A DNA stretch of 64,000 nucleotides from Sphingomonas sp. (GTDB lineage Bacteria > Pseudomonadota > Alphaproteobacteria > Sphingomonadales > Sphingomonadaceae), in the NCBI GenBank assembly GCA_051954635.1, contig JBQCHO010000109.1, positions 10,411 to 74,410 of the forward strand. Direction: 5' to 3'. Positions 55,201-63,597 of the stretch are shown piece after piece. Made by a program: the position numbers and the translations under genes. The notes below the pieces were generated by a model, which did no database searches, was not told the origin of the DNA, and saw only the letters and a program-made list of their open reading frames with translations. The number at the start of each line of letters is the position of its first letter. Positions within the stretch are counted from its first letter, which is position 1.

Positions 55201-55289
55201 ATCTTGAGCCCGGCGACCAGGCCGCCCAGCGTCAGCAGGATCGCCGCGAGCCACAGCGCGCGCGAGTGATCGGCGATCGAGCGCCTCAC
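52215..55289 (-). CDS. RND efflux permease (in a czcCBA-like OMF-MFP-RND gene order; substrate not inferable)
   Basis: 1024 aa. N-terminus ...LFPHIDYPRVVVSIDAGERDP..ITRPIE. 12 TM segments and two large periplasmic loops. Confidence 0.9.
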   Translation of the reverse strand: MRRSIADHSRALWLAAILLTLGGLVAGLKMPVSLFPHIDYPRVVVSIDAGERDPAQMTAQITRPIELALRAVPGVTQIRSTTSRGSAEIDLNFNWGQDMVAATLATQGALATSLPDLPTGTRFDVRRSDPTIFPILGIALTSNSLDQEALRQIADLKIRPALTAVPGVAAVDVLGGAPREFAVDIDPARAQALGVSIDDIATTLGKANVVRGLGRIEDKHRLYLVLAQNRIASIADLAATPIKAATGKNAGVATLGQIATIKPSVEPNFTAVTSNGQRAVLVNIRQSLTGDTVRIANDVNAKLASLGLPPSVKVTPFYDQSELVTGAANAVRDAILLGAFLAGVVLFLFLRSGRLMVITGLMLPMVLAGTCLVLLAFGMSFNMMTLGGMAAAVGLVVDDAVVMLEHIMRRMQEGSAKGVRGILGAAREMGKPLLGSTSATIIVFLPLAFISGVTGGFFKALALTMVAALGLSLLYARFIIPLVSAYWLRDKDAAAAERAGGFMGRLSNGYHSAFERSMARPGLFALVLGLGLAALGYVAWQHVPSGFMPAMDEGGFILDYKAQSGAALSDTDRILKQVEREIIATPEVASYSRRTGLQLGGGLTEADEGDIFIRLKGGSRRPIEEVMADIRQRIEAKVPGVEIETAQLMEDLIGDLTAVPQPVEVKLFGDNDAALQQAAKRVGDAIGKVQGVVEVVDGLRVAGDDISIKVDPARAAQQGLDPDAVGSQLETMIGGNLATQIRIGEQLVTVRVRAPADLRSRAEQLGQLVLVAPDGHGVRVAQVAQVSVEAGQKQLTRENLAPFIDVTARLEGRDLGSGMKAVRSAITGLHLPSSIRVEYGGLYQQQQKSFADLSMVFAAALLLSALLLTFLYERLAWTLSAIATVLLSAAAVLLGLWITGIELDISALMGLTMVVGMVTELVIFFMAELDATKPLDLDQLREAGAKRLRPILMSALIAILTLAPLALGISRGAGLQKPLATAIIFGLTAAVPLVLLFLPAMMLGLQRPRGEPEPIARTSLGEDN

Positions 55290-56320
55290 TTGGTGCGCAC
55301 CTTCATGCCGTCCTCGAGCGCGGTGCCGCCCTGCGTCACCACCTTGTCCCCGGCATGCACGCCCTTAGTGATCGCGATGCGATCACCGCTGGCCGCGCCG
55401 GTGTCGACATCATGGCGATGCGCGACGCCACCGGCGATGACGAACACATAAGGCTGCCCGCCATCGTCGAGCAGCGCGGCATAAGGCACCGTCATTGCAT
55501 TGCCGCTCGATCCGGCGTCGATCGTGCCGCTCAACGTCTCGCCCGCCGCGAGACCGGCATTGCCGGGCAACCGCGCATAGATCGACGCGAGCCGGGTCGA
55601 CGGATCGACCACCGGATCGACCGATTGCACCGCGACCTCGATCGGCGCGGCGGCTCCATTGACCGTTATGCGGATGGGTGTGCCGGCGTGAATTTGTCGG
55701 GCGACGGCGGGATCGACGCCAAATTGCGCGCGCAGGTCACCCAGCCGCGCGATCGTCGCCACGCCCGTTCCTGCCGGCACCAGATCGCCGACTTGGCTGG
55801 CGATCGCCTGCACCACGCCAGCCGCCGGCGCGCGCAGCGTCAGCGCCCCGGTTCGCGCGCGCATCGAGCGGGCCAGTGCATCGGCGCTTTGCGCGGCGGC
55901 ACGTGCGGTCTCTACATCGGCATTGCTGGCAAGCCCGTCGCCGCGCAACCGCTGCGCCCGAGCCAGCGCCTTGTCCGCCGCGGCCGCGTCCGACGCCGCC
56001 TTGGCGAGATCGACCCGCGTGGTCGGGCTCGGCGACAACAAAGCGACCGCCTGGCCCGCGCCGACATGCGTACCGACCGGCGCGAAGATCCGCGTCACCG
56101 TCGCTTCGGCCGGCGCGGCGAGCGCGATCGTCCCAGACGGCCCGGCATCGACCGTGCCGTAGAGCGTCACCGTCTTCGTCACCGGTCCTTGCTCGACGGT
56201 GCCGACCGAGACCAGCGCAACTGGATCGGGCGCGTTGTCGGACTGGTCGCCGCCGCCGCTTGAACAGGCGGCGACCAGCAGCAACGGGGTAAGCAAGGCA
56301 AAACGGATCATTGCGGCCAT
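55286..56320 (-). CDS. RND efflux periplasmic adaptor (MFP), lipoprotein
   Basis: Lipobox LLVAACSSGG, with barrel-sandwich/hairpin-type sequence. Overlaps both neighbouring genes. Confidence 0.85.
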   Translation of the reverse strand: MAAMIRFALLTPLLLVAACSSGGGDQSDNAPDPVALVSVGTVEQGPVTKTVTLYGTVDAGPSGTIALAAPAEATVTRIFAPVGTHVGAGQAVALLSPSPTTRVDLAKAASDAAAADKALARAQRLRGDGLASNADVETARAAAQSADALARSMRARTGALTLRAPAAGVVQAIASQVGDLVPAGTGVATIARLGDLRAQFGVDPAVARQIHAGTPIRITVNGAAAPIEVAVQSVDPVVDPSTRLASIYARLPGNAGLAAGETLSGTIDAGSSGNAMTVPYAALLDDGGQPYVFVIAGGVAHRHDVDTGAASGDRIAITKGVHAGDKVVTQGGTALEDGMKVRTK

Positions 56321-57648
56321 GCCTGTCTCGGGGTTCCGGTGAGGAGTTCCAGTGCGATCGTCTGTTCGCGGATCGATTCGTCGCTCTGCGCGAGCAGCGC
56401 CTGCTGATCGCGGAGCGCCTGCTCGGCGGTCGCAGCAGCGGCGTCGGCGAGGTCGCCGCGATCCGCCGCGCGCCGGGTCGCCACCGCATAGCGTTCGAGC
56501 GACGGCAGCCCAGCCGCCGCCGCGTCGTGCTGTTTCCGGGCGATCGCGATGCCATCCACCGCCGCCGCGATCTCGGCGCGCGTCTGGAACAGCCGCGCGT
56601 CATATTCGGCCTTGAGCTGTTCGCGCGTCGCGCGCTCGATCGCGATGCCGCCGCGATTGCGGTTCCACAGCGGCAAGGTGAAGTCGACCGTTGGCCCCAC
56701 GATCTTGTTGCCGGTGGTGTCGCGCGTCGCGTCGAGCGTCAGGTTGAGCGCGGAAAACTGATCGAGGATCGCCTTGTGAACCGCCGCCTCCTGCGCGTCG
56801 TAACCGGCACGCAGGGCGGCGAGATCGGCGCGCTTGTCCCGCGCAACCGCAAACAGCGCGGCCGGGTAGGGCGGCGGCGCGGGCAACGCCGCTTCGGTGA
56901 GTTGGAGCCGCGTCGCCGGCGGCAGGCCGAGCAGCTTGTCGAGCTCGCTTTGCGCGGTGGCGAGGCTCGCCTCGTCGGTCCGCAGCTTGGTTTCGGCGTC
57001 ATAGGCCGCGGTGCGCGCCGCCTGCGCCCGGTCGGCGGCGATATCGCCACGGCCGAGCGCGTCGAGCGTGTGGCGGAGCAGCGTCTCCTGCGCCGTGAGC
57101 GTCCGCCGGTCGAGCGTCACGCTGCACTCGAAGCCGATCACGCGCGCTGCCTGGATGCGTGCCTGCCCTGCCGTCTGCCATTCGGCCCAGGCGAGGTCGA
57201 GCCGCGCCTGTTCGGCCTGCGCGCGCGCCTGCTGCACTTTCACCCCGCGCGTGCGCAGCGCGTTGATGTCGAGCCCCAGCGCCCCGACCAGCTCGGTGAG
57301 CGGGTCAGGTCCGGACAGCACCGGATGCACGCCGAGGCTGAAGGTCGGATCGGGCATCAGTCGCGCGGCGAACACCTGCGCGTCGCTCACGCCGGCTTTG
57401 GCCCGCAATGCCTTAAGGTCGGGATTGGCGATCACCGCGATCGTCGCCACCGCATTGGGATCGAGCGGCGCGGCGAGGTCGATCGTCGTCGGCGTCAAAT
57501 ATGGCCGCGCGATCGTCGCGGCGGCCGCGCTCAGCGTCGCCGAGGTCGGCGCGTCGAGCACCGCCGGCGCAGCGCCCAGCGGATGCGGCGTATAGCTGGC
57601 GCAGGCGGCCAGCGGGCAGGCGAGCAGGATCGGCCAGAACCGCATCAT
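56308..57648 (-). CDS. TolC-family outer-membrane efflux protein
   Basis: Lipobox-like PLAACASYTPHP and duplicated OEP repeats. ATGA overlap with the upstream kinase gene. Confidence 0.85.
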   Translation of the reverse strand: MMRFWPILLACPLAACASYTPHPLGAAPAVLDAPTSATLSAAAATIARPYLTPTTIDLAAPLDPNAVATIAVIANPDLKALRAKAGVSDAQVFAARLMPDPTFSLGVHPVLSGPDPLTELVGALGLDINALRTRGVKVQQARAQAEQARLDLAWAEWQTAGQARIQAARVIGFECSVTLDRRTLTAQETLLRHTLDALGRGDIAADRAQAARTAAYDAETKLRTDEASLATAQSELDKLLGLPPATRLQLTEAALPAPPPYPAALFAVARDKRADLAALRAGYDAQEAAVHKAILDQFSALNLTLDATRDTTGNKIVGPTVDFTLPLWNRNRGGIAIERATREQLKAEYDARLFQTRAEIAAAVDGIAIARKQHDAAAAGLPSLERYAVATRRAADRGDLADAAAATAEQALRDQQALLAQSDESIREQTIALELLTGTPRQAWPQ

Positions 57649-58997
57649 GCGGCCAGCCTCGGCAAGATCATCGTCACACGCAATCCCGGATGGTTATCGT
57701 CGATCGTCACCGCGCCGCCATGCACCTGCGCCACCGCGACGACGAGGTTGAGGCCGAGGCCATGTCCCGGCGTTCCCCGGCTGCTGTCGAGCCGCGCGAA
57801 ACGGCGCGTGATGCGCGCGCGATCCTCGGGCGCGACCCCGGGGCCGTCATCCGCTACCGTCAGGCGCACGGTCCCGCCATCGCCAGCGGCCTCGACGACG
57901 ATATGCGTTTCGGCCGGCGTGTGGTGCTGGGCATTGTCGAGCAGGTTGATCAGCGCCTGCGCGAGCAACTCACGGTCGCCGTTCAGCGCTAGGCCCGGCG
58001 CGGCGGTGCAGGACAGCCTGCGGCAGCCATCAGCCACCGCCGGCGCGAAGCTGTCGCACAGATCGGCGACGAGATCGGTGATGTCGACCCGCGCGAAGGT
58101 GCGCTTGACCGTCCCACCTTCGACCTCGGAAATGCGCAGGATCGCGGCAAACAGTCGGAGCAGATCGTCGCTCTGCGCGATCGCGCGCTTGAGCCCGGAG
58201 CGATATGCGGCGATCTCGCGCGGGCCGTCGAGCGCGGCTTCGAGTTGCCCGCGCAACCGGGCCAGCGGCGTGCGCAGATCATGCGCGACGTCGCTCGACA
58301 CCTGGCGCAAATTCTCGAGCAATTGCGCGATGCGATCGAGCATCGCGTTCAAAGCGAGCGCGAGCTGATCGAATTCGTCATGGCCGGCACCGACCGGCAT
58401 CCGCCTGTCCAGATCACCGCCGACGATCGCGCGCGCCGGTGCGCTCAACCGCTCCAGCCGGCGGCGCAAATAGTTGCCGAGCAGCAGCGCCGCGCCGATG
58501 CCGAGCAACACGATCAGCCCGAACGCAACACCGAATAGGCTGAGGATCGTGCGATCGAGCCGCTCCACATCCTCGCTGTCCTGCGCGACGACGAGGCGGT
58601 AGCCGCCGGGCAGGTCAGTGGCCAGCGCCCGCGCCACATCCGGGCCCTCGCGCGGATCGATGAAAGTGATCGTGTCGAGGCCGGCCACAGGGCGTCGCGT
58701 CTGCAGCGCGCCCGCGATGCGCCGCCCGCCAGAATCGAACAGAGCATAACCATAGCCGTTGGTCGCGCTCGATTGCTCGCGCGTCGCGATCGTCTCGGCG
58801 AGATCGTTTAACCCTTCTTCGTGATAACTGGCGCCGAGATCGCGCGCCTCCGCCGTCAAACCTACGTCCTGCTGGTGCCGGAAATCAGCGTCGGCGGCGA
58901 TGTATACGATCGCTCCAAGCAAAACGATCGCCAGCGCGAAGGCGGCGGAATAGGTGAAAGCAATGCGATAAGCGGCGCTGCCGAGCGGTCTGATCAT
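57645..58997 (-). CDS. Sensor histidine kinase (HAMP-HisKA-HATPase, EnvZ/QseC-like)
   Basis: Two TM segments, HAMP, H-box SSDVAHDLRTPLARL, N-box LINLLDNAQHH and G-box GHGLGL. Internal ATG (MIRPLGS) of ORF 57645-59240. Confidence 0.85.
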   Translation of the reverse strand: MIRPLGSAAYRIAFTYSAAFALAIVLLGAIVYIAADADFRHQQDVGLTAEARDLGASYHEEGLNDLAETIATREQSSATNGYGYALFDSGGRRIAGALQTRRPVAGLDTITFIDPREGPDVARALATDLPGGYRLVVAQDSEDVERLDRTILSLFGVAFGLIVLLGIGAALLLGNYLRRRLERLSAPARAIVGGDLDRRMPVGAGHDEFDQLALALNAMLDRIAQLLENLRQVSSDVAHDLRTPLARLRGQLEAALDGPREIAAYRSGLKRAIAQSDDLLRLFAAILRISEVEGGTVKRTFARVDITDLVADLCDSFAPAVADGCRRLSCTAAPGLALNGDRELLAQALINLLDNAQHHTPAETHIVVEAAGDGGTVRLTVADDGPGVAPEDRARITRRFARLDSSRGTPGHGLGLNLVVAVAQVHGGAVTIDDNHPGLRVTMILPRLAA

Positions 58998-59665
58998 ACG
59001 CGCATCCGATAACCGACGCCGCGCAGCGTCTCGATCGGATCGGGTGCGCCGTCGCCCTTCAGTTTGGTGCGCAGGCGGCTGAGATGCGTTTCGACGATGT
59101 TGGTTTGCGGATCGAAATGAAAATCCCACACCTGTTCGAGGAACATGGTCCGCGTCACCACATTGCCGGCATGACGCATCAGCAATTCTAGCAGAGAGAA
59201 TTCGCGCGGCTGGAGGTGGATTTCCCTGCCGCCACGCCAAACCTGCCGCTTGAGCGCGTCGAGCGCGATGTCGCCCACTTCCAGCCGCGTCGCCACCTCG
59301 CTGATCGGCGGCCGCCGCCGCAATGCCGCGAGCCGCGCGGCGAGTTCGGCAAAGGCGAACGGCTTGACCAGATAATCGTCAGCGCCGGCATCGAGCCCCG
59401 ACACGCGATCGGCGATCCCGCCCAGCGCCGTCAGCATCAAGACCGGCGCCGTAACCCCCGCCGCGCGCCACCGCTTGAGCACCTCGATCCCGTCGATCCC
59501 CGGCATCATGCGATCGAGCACGATGACGTCGAACGCCTCGACGGTACCCAGGTGAAGCGCGTCCTCCCCTGTCGCGACGGGGGTCACGACATGACCGAGT
59601 TCGCCGAGTCCGTGCGCGACGAACCCGGCGGTCTCGGCGTCATCCTCGGCAAGCAGGACGCGCAT
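58994..59665 (-). CDS. OmpR-family response regulator
   Basis: Receiver (MRVLLAEDD..., VIVLDRMMPGIDG) and winged-helix output (THLSRLRTKL...TLRGVGYRM). ATGA overlap with the kinase gene. Confidence 0.9.
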   Translation of the reverse strand: MRVLLAEDDAETAGFVAHGLGELGHVVTPVATGEDALHLGTVEAFDVIVLDRMMPGIDGIEVLKRWRAAGVTAPVLMLTALGGIADRVSGLDAGADDYLVKPFAFAELAARLAALRRRPPISEVATRLEVGDIALDALKRQVWRGGREIHLQPREFSLLELLMRHAGNVVTRTMFLEQVWDFHFDPQTNIVETHLSRLRTKLKGDGAPDPIETLRGVGYRMRV

Positions 59666-59674
59666 TGGTCGGTA

Positions 59675-59968
59675 TCAGTCCTTGTCGTTCGCGGATTCGA
59701 ACGAGTTCTCGATGATCTTGCCGGTATTGGGATCGACCCCGATCTCGTGGATCCGCTTGCCCTGGCGAATGTCGAACGAATAGCGCCAAGCGCCGTTTTC
59801 CTTCTCATATTCCGCCTCGGCGACCTTGCCCGGCGCCGTCTGGAGCGCGATCCGCTCGGCTTGCGCCTTGGTGAGCTTGGCGTGCGGGCCGGCCTGTGGC
59901 GCCGCAAAGGCGATGCTCGTTCCCAGCGCAGCGACGGGCAGAATAGCAAGAATAGCAATCGGTCGCAT
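59675..59968 (-). CDS. PepSY-domain periplasmic protein
   Basis: Signal peptide, then KLTKAQAERIALQTAPGKVAEAEYEKENGAWRYSFDIRQGKRIHEIGVDPNTGKI. Confidence 0.75.
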   Translation of the reverse strand: MRPIAILAILPVAALGTSIAFAAPQAGPHAKLTKAQAERIALQTAPGKVAEAEYEKENGAWRYSFDIRQGKRIHEIGVDPNTGKIIENSFESANDKD

Positions 59969-60022
59969 GATAATCGTCTCCTGTACGTGGGGCTGACCGT
60001 CAGCCCATGCACAGCCTCTAGC

Positions 60023-60121
60023 TGTTCCTAGATTGGATCAGGCTGGAGCGGTCTATATTAAATCCCAATGTTCCTGAACGGGAGCGGCGACGAGCGACAA
60101 TTGGGAAATCTCAATGTTACC
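60023..60121. repeat. Three TGTT(C/A)C(T/C) boxes at exactly 46-bp spacing upstream of the PepSY operon
   Basis: TGTTCCT at 60023 and 60069, and TGTTACC at 60115. Copies 2 and 3 share CAATGTTnCnGAA. Confidence 0.4.
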
Positions 60122-60367
60122 GAAACGCAGTCGTCACCGATCGGTCACCCGAAACTCGCGTAAATCCGCAGGACACCGTACGTAGCGTGACGCTTGATCG
60201 CATGCAGCAGCTTTGAAAAAAGGCGACGGCAGGTTTTGGGAGCGACGATCGCACCGCTGAGCGTCCGCAAATGGGGCGCGAAGCGGCCATCTCAAAGATC
60301 TGGGATGGCGCGATTCGTGTCGCGCTGGACTATCACACAACTGTGTGGCAATATCCGCGTTAAGTCG

Positions 60368-60388
60368 CAGAAAACCGTTCTTTTTCTG
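60368..60388 (-). terminator. Weak hairpin downstream of tRNA-Pro
   Basis: On the minus strand, CAGAAAA-AGAACGG-TTTTCTG. The stem is AU-rich and no clear U-tract follows. Confidence 0.25.
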
Positions 60389-60410
60389 TCAGCTACAATC
60401 GCTGAGAAAG

Positions 60411-60487
60411 TGGTCGGGGAGAGAGGATTCGAACCTCCGGCCCCTGCCTCCCGAAGGCAGTGCTCTACCAGGCTGAGCTACTCCCCG
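60411..60487 (-). tRNA. tRNA-Pro (anticodon CGG)
   Basis: Reverse complement: CGGGGAG acceptor, GCTC/GAGC D-stem, CTGCC-TTCGGGA-GGCAG anticodon arm, GGAGGTTCGAATCCTCT T-arm, and encoded CCA. Confidence 0.9.
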
Positions 60488-60591
60488 ACGGAGTATGACG
60501 GTGCGGGCGTGCCGGCGATCCGTCAGCTGGAGGCGCGCCTATAACCAGCCCTTGGCGGGCACGCAAGCGCCGTCGCGCGGGTTTTGCGCGG

Positions 60592-62229
60592 TCAGGTCGA
60601 TTGCGGGCGGAAACTGTCCGCGCTCGCCTGTTTCCACCAATAAGCGAGCTTTGGATCGCGCGAGCCGTCGAGCAATTCGCCGGGCTCGGCGAAGTGGTAG
60701 ATTTCGGTCAGCGAGCGCATTTCGGCGACGTTGACGCGCTGGCGCAAATGGTGCGGGTCGAGCTGGTCGGGCCGCTTTACACCCGCCGCGACGACGATGT
60801 CGTGGAGGGCCTTCAGCGTCGCCTTGTGATAGCGCGCGACCCGCTCGGCCTTGTCGGGGATGACGAGGCCGCGCTGCCGCGCCGGCGACTGCGTCGCGAT
60901 GCCGGTCGGGCAGGTATCGGTATGACAGCGCATCGATTGCACGCAGCCCAGCGAGAACATGAACGCGCGCGCCGCGTTGCACCAGTCGGCGCCCAGCGCG
61001 GCGTTCATCGCGATCGCCGCACCGCTCGCGACCTTGCCCGATGCGGCGAGCCTGATCTTGTCCTTGAGCCCGCTGCCGACCAGCGCGTTGCGCGCCAGGA
61101 TGAGCCCCTCGCGCAGCGGCATGCCGACGCGGTCGGAAAGCTCGGTCGGGGCGGCGCCGGTGCCGCCCTCGGCGCCGTCGATGACGATGAAGTCGAGTAA
61201 GGTCCCGCTTTCGAGCATCGCCTTCATCACCGCGAACAATTCGTGCGGATAGCCGACGCACAGCTTGATCCCGATTGGCTTGCCGCCCGACATCTCGCGC
61301 ATCCGCGCGGCGAACTCGATCATCTCGCGCGGGGTCGAGAAGGCCGAATGCCCGGGCGGCGACAGACAATCCTTTCCCGCCTCGACGTCGCGCGTCCTCG
61401 CGATCTCCTCTGTCACCTTGGCGCCGGGCAGCAGGCCGCCATGCCCCGGCTTGGCGCCCTGGCTCAGCTTGATCTCGGTCATCACGACCTGATCCTGCTT
61501 CGCCTTCTCGGCGAATTCGCCGGCGTCGAACTTGCCGTCCTTGGTGCGGCAGCCGAAATAGCCCGAGCCTATTTCCCACACCACGTCGCCGCCATGCTTG
61601 AGGTGATAGGGCGACAGGCCGCCTTCGCCGGTGTCGTGATAGAAGCCGCCGATCTTCGCGCCCCAGTTGAGCGCTTCGATCGCGTTGGCGCCTAACGCCC
61701 CGAAGCTCATCGCCGAGATGTTGAGCCGCGACGCCGAATAGGGTTTCGAACATTGCTCGGTGCCGACGTGCACGCGGCTATCCTTCGGCGCGTCTGCATT
61801 GGGCGCGATCGAATGGGCGAGCCACTCATATTCGCCCGAATAGACGTCGAGCTCGGTGCCGAACGGATGCGCGTCCTCCTCGCCCTTGGCGCGTTCGTAG
61901 ACAAGAGCGCGCTCGTCATGGCTATAGGGGCGCCCGTCGAGATCGCTCTCTACGATGTACGATCGCAGGAACGGCCACAGCCATTCGAACAGCCAGCGGA
62001 AGCGCGCCGACGCGGGATAGTTGCGGCGCAGCGAATGATGGCGCTGGATCAGATCGATCGTCGCGATCAGCAGCACCGGCAACGTGACGATCAGGCCCCA
62101 CAACCACGCGCGGTGAAGCACCCCCAGCGCAACCAGCGCGATCGTCGCGGCGAGCGACAGCCAGAACAGGATGTTGCGGGAAATCGGCCGGTCGGTGAAC
62201 AGGCTTGCGCCGATAGTGCCGTCGGCCAT
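60592..62229 (-). CDS. FMN-binding glutamate synthase-family (GltB domain 2-like) protein with N-terminal membrane anchor
   Basis: ISAMSFGALG, HDTGEGGLSPYH, QGAKPGHGG and IVIDGAEGGTGAAP motifs. Two N-terminal TM helices. Confidence 0.85.
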   Translation of the reverse strand: MADGTIGASLFTDRPISRNILFWLSLAATIALVALGVLHRAWLWGLIVTLPVLLIATIDLIQRHHSLRRNYPASARFRWLFEWLWPFLRSYIVESDLDGRPYSHDERALVYERAKGEEDAHPFGTELDVYSGEYEWLAHSIAPNADAPKDSRVHVGTEQCSKPYSASRLNISAMSFGALGANAIEALNWGAKIGGFYHDTGEGGLSPYHLKHGGDVVWEIGSGYFGCRTKDGKFDAGEFAEKAKQDQVVMTEIKLSQGAKPGHGGLLPGAKVTEEIARTRDVEAGKDCLSPPGHSAFSTPREMIEFAARMREMSGGKPIGIKLCVGYPHELFAVMKAMLESGTLLDFIVIDGAEGGTGAAPTELSDRVGMPLREGLILARNALVGSGLKDKIRLAASGKVASGAAIAMNAALGADWCNAARAFMFSLGCVQSMRCHTDTCPTGIATQSPARQRGLVIPDKAERVARYHKATLKALHDIVVAAGVKRPDQLDPHHLRQRVNVAEMRSLTEIYHFAEPGELLDGSRDPKLAYWWKQASADSFRPQST

Positions 62230-62392
62230 TCATGTCGCTCCTCGATATATCGCCCGATCGCCCAACGTCTCGGTTCCGTTTCGGGTCCAATCGGCGCGCA
62301 CCCGGCACGTCCGGTCGCAGCGGGGGACTTGTTTTCGCCAGGCGGTGCGCGCAGCGTGACGATCGGAAGTCGCAAGTGGGGGAAGGCGAGGG

Positions 62393-62827
62393 ATGGCGTT
62401 CGTCAGGCAACGGCCGCCCGGCTGGTTCTGGAGCGTAGCGGCGCTGCTGGCGCTATGGGGGCTGCTCGGCTGCTATTTCTGCGCGCGCCAGTTCGTCCAC
62501 GGCGCCAACGCGATGGGGCCGGCGGACGCGTATCAGCGGTCGCTCTACGCCTCGCTGCCCGGCTGGTACAATTACGACTATGCGCTCGCGACCGGCGCGG
62601 CTCTGCTCGGTGGGCTGGCGCTGCTGCGCCGCTCGGTCGTCGCGCACGCGCTGTTCATCGTCTCGCTGGTCGCGGTGATCGTCCAGTTCGGCTGGCTGTT
62701 CGCAACGACCGACATCCTCGGCGTCAAGGGATTGGCGACCGCGATCTTCCCGCTGGTGATCCTCGGCATCGCGATCTACTCGATCACCTTCGCCGCCAAG
62801 GCCCGCCGCCACGGCTGGATCTGCTAG
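62393..62827 (+). CDS. Hypothetical 4-TM membrane protein
   Basis: 144 aa with four hydrophobic segments. No family recognised. Confidence 0.5.
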   Translation: MAFVRQRPPGWFWSVAALLALWGLLGCYFCARQFVHGANAMGPADAYQRSLYASLPGWYNYDYALATGAALLGGLALLRRSVVAHALFIVSLVAVIVQFGWLFATTDILGVKGLATAIFPLVILGIAIYSITFAAKARRHGWIC

Positions 62828-63039
62828 CTTTCGTCCCAGCGGAACACGTCTTCGAGCGGCTTGCCGAACACCCGCGCGATCCGGAACGCGGCTTCCAGCG
62901 TCGGGGAGTATTTCCCCGCCTCGATCGCCGCGATCGTCTGGCGCGTGACGCCGATCCTGTCGCCGAGCTCGCCCTGGGTCATCTCGCCGGCGAGGAAGCG
63001 CAGCGTGCGGATGTCGTTGCTGATCGGGGGCTTAGCCAT
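62824..63039 (-). CDS. Small XRE-family HTH transcriptional regulator
   Basis: LRFLAGEMTQGELGDRIGVTRQTIAAIEAGKYSPTLEAAFRIARVFG is a canonical HTH_3 sequence. Overlaps the upstream membrane-protein gene. Confidence 0.8.
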   Translation of the reverse strand: MAKPPISNDIRTLRFLAGEMTQGELGDRIGVTRQTIAAIEAGKYSPTLEAAFRIARVFGKPLEDVFRWDES

Positions 63040-63469
63040 GCCAGCCGCGCCGATAGCTTAGGATGATCAGGATGTAGCGCACCGCCTCGGCCAGCACCAA
63101 TGACAGCAACGCGGCATTGGTGATCTTCCACCGCGGATCACCGAACGGCATGACGACGCCGACCAGGATCATGCAGACCATCAGCACGAAATAGGCGACG
63201 CTCGCGCCCCGCCTTGCGATGGCGCGATCCCGTTCGTCGGGCTTGGCTTGCGCCTCGCGCCGCGCCCGGATGCCGAGCACCGCGCTGACGATCGCGACGA
63301 CGATCGCCTGGACGATCGTCACCCCGCCGAACAGCGAGAGCATCTGCAACGTGCGCGGTCCCGCGGGCAGGGTCGGGTCGAAATAGGCCGCGAGCAGCGC
63401 GAAATAGATCGAATAGGCGATGAGCATCGACCCCAACGTCACCCATGCCAGCTTTTCCCGGAACGCCAT
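63032..63469 (-). CDS. Membrane protein (DUF2178-like) co-transcribed with the XRE regulator
   Basis: 145 aa with four TM segments. The 8-nt overlap with the HTH gene matches a common membrane-protein/XRE pairing. Confidence 0.55.
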   Translation of the reverse strand: MAFREKLAWVTLGSMLIAYSIYFALLAAYFDPTLPAGPRTLQMLSLFGGVTIVQAIVVAIVSAVLGIRARREAQAKPDERDRAIARRGASVAYFVLMVCMILVGVVMPFGDPRWKITNAALLSLVLAEAVRYILIILSYRRGWHG

Positions 63470-63597
63470 TGAACCGACTCCATGTCAGCGATTGATGACG
63501 CAATGTTAAAGATAGCGAACATAGAGTCAAGCGGACGCAACATGTACTGGTCAACTTCGCTGGCGCCTCCTTGAGCGACCGGCTAAGGAGCCGGGCC

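Noticed and set aside
53281-58368. Long alternative ORFs (53281-55254 -, 54072-55451 +, 56311-58368 +, 55737-56603 -)
   Set aside because: They are all shadows of the RND, MFP, OMF and kinase genes. They have no domain motifs and extreme Arg/Ala/Pro bias.
60539-63066. ORFs 60539-61753 (-) and 61753-63066 (+)
   Set aside because: They are out-of-frame or antisense to the motif-rich GltS-like gene and to the membrane/XRE genes. Their composition is low complexity.
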